Origin: Octopus vulgaris
Lineage: Eukaryota
Assembly: GCA_951406725.2 (NCBI GenBank)
Contig: OX597836.1
Location: 45,136,001 to 45,200,000, forward strand
Reading direction: 5' to 3'
Length of the DNA: 64,000 bases
Shown here one piece after another: positions 63,321-64,000 of this stretch. The notes under the pieces are model-generated. The model did no database searches and had not been told where the DNA came from. It was given only the letters and a program-made list of their open reading frames with translations. How positions within the stretch are numbered: position 1 is the stretch's first letter; the number at the start of each line of letters is the position of its first letter. The translations under genes were made by a program, and so were the position numbers.

Positions 63321-63382
63321 GACTATGATGACACGTGTTGGATGTGATTGTCTGTGAATTCAATCCCTTGGCTGTCTGAGTC
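63321..63382 (+). ncRNA. Box C/D snoRNA, SNORD53/U53-like guide for 28S rRNA 2'-O-methylation
   Basis: Box C ATGATGA at 63325-63331, box D CTGA at 63376-63379, terminal GAC/GTC stem. The 12-nt TCCCTTGGCTGT just before box D is complementary to conserved 28S ACAGCCAAGGGA. Confidence 0.8.
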
Positions 63383-63683
63383 CACTTTATCTCACATTGT
63401 CCCTGTGTTGATAGTGAGGATAAGGGTCCCGTTGACTGTTTTAATCATAATTTGATAATTGCTTTTTTTTTTTTTACTTAGTTCCTGGAAGAATTCAAAC
63501 ATTTTTATTTTTCAATAATGTCCAAGTGTGTGTGTATGGGTTACTTAAGGGCCAGTACTTACATTGTACCTCAGTTGCGGACTTGAGACAATCGTGAGAT
63601 GGATAAACTACTTTTTTAGGCATGGCCTTTTTGAGTTTCAAATCTACCGATGGCTTTATCCCTCGGGGTCGATAATATAGGTA

Positions 63684-63861
63684 CTACTTAAGAAGGGTGG
63701 TCCCGGTGCGCGCATCCGAGCTAGCTAGTCGATCCTACAACGACCACCTAGCAAAATAAATAAAATACAAAATGATTTTTACACAAAGTAAGGATCGACT
63801 AGTCACGACTAGCTTGTGCGACTACGCGAGTGTGCGCCCCGGGACCACTCTTCTTAAGTAG
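63684..63861. mobile_element. GC-rich palindromic MITE with TA TSD
   Basis: TA|CTACTTAAGAAGGGTGGTCCCGG ... CCGGGACCACTCTTCTTAAGTAG|TA. Confidence 0.85.
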
Positions 63862-64000
63862 TACCAATTTGTGCAAGTAGGAAAGGAAACCTCTGAAGTT
63901 CCAAATTGACGGCTTAATTTGCGTTTAACACGCATCCGCATATTTTCTCCCTTTTGCGTCTGGACATCTTCATTTGGCAGGATGACCGAAATGTTCTTCG

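Noticed and set aside
61401-64000. Naming the plus-strand gene RPL7A or WDR43
   Set aside because: No recognisable coding exon in the window; kept only as a hypothesis.

Overview
AT-rich, repeat-dense eukaryotic (metazoan) genomic DNA. The tRNA-derived SINE families and (TA)n load look like octopus/coleoid cephalopod DNA (inference). Three spliced protein-coding genes lie on the minus strand, each with phase-consistent GT-AG exons: a complete PHAX (5 exons, 34730->21615, 468 aa), a complete MED22 (3 coding exons, 57222->45880, 142 aa, probable 5' UTR exon near 60.9 kb), and the first two coding exons of an unidentified gene running off the left edge (8150->3033). Head-to-head with MED22, a TCT/5'TOP-like first exon (ATG|gtaagt at 61401) starts a plus-strand transcript. 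Downstream of it is a box C/D snoRNA candidate (63321-63382) whose guide matches 28S rRNA ACAGCCAAGGGA (SNORD53/U53-like). The rest is mostly mobile DNA: at least 5 SINE families (some multimeric or with swapped 3' modules), CR1/RTE/Penelope/mariner/pogo relics, Merlin-like MITEs with 8-bp TSDs, piggyBac-type TTAA MITEs, Helitrons and a Helentron. The most unusual layer is a set of short, often palindromic elements next to (TA)n tracts that carry minimal or variant hammerhead-ribozyme-like motifs of the Penelope-associated type. Nearly all ORFs in the supplied track are repeat artefacts. No database searches or folding programs were run; repeat boundaries without TSD/TIR evidence are approximate.
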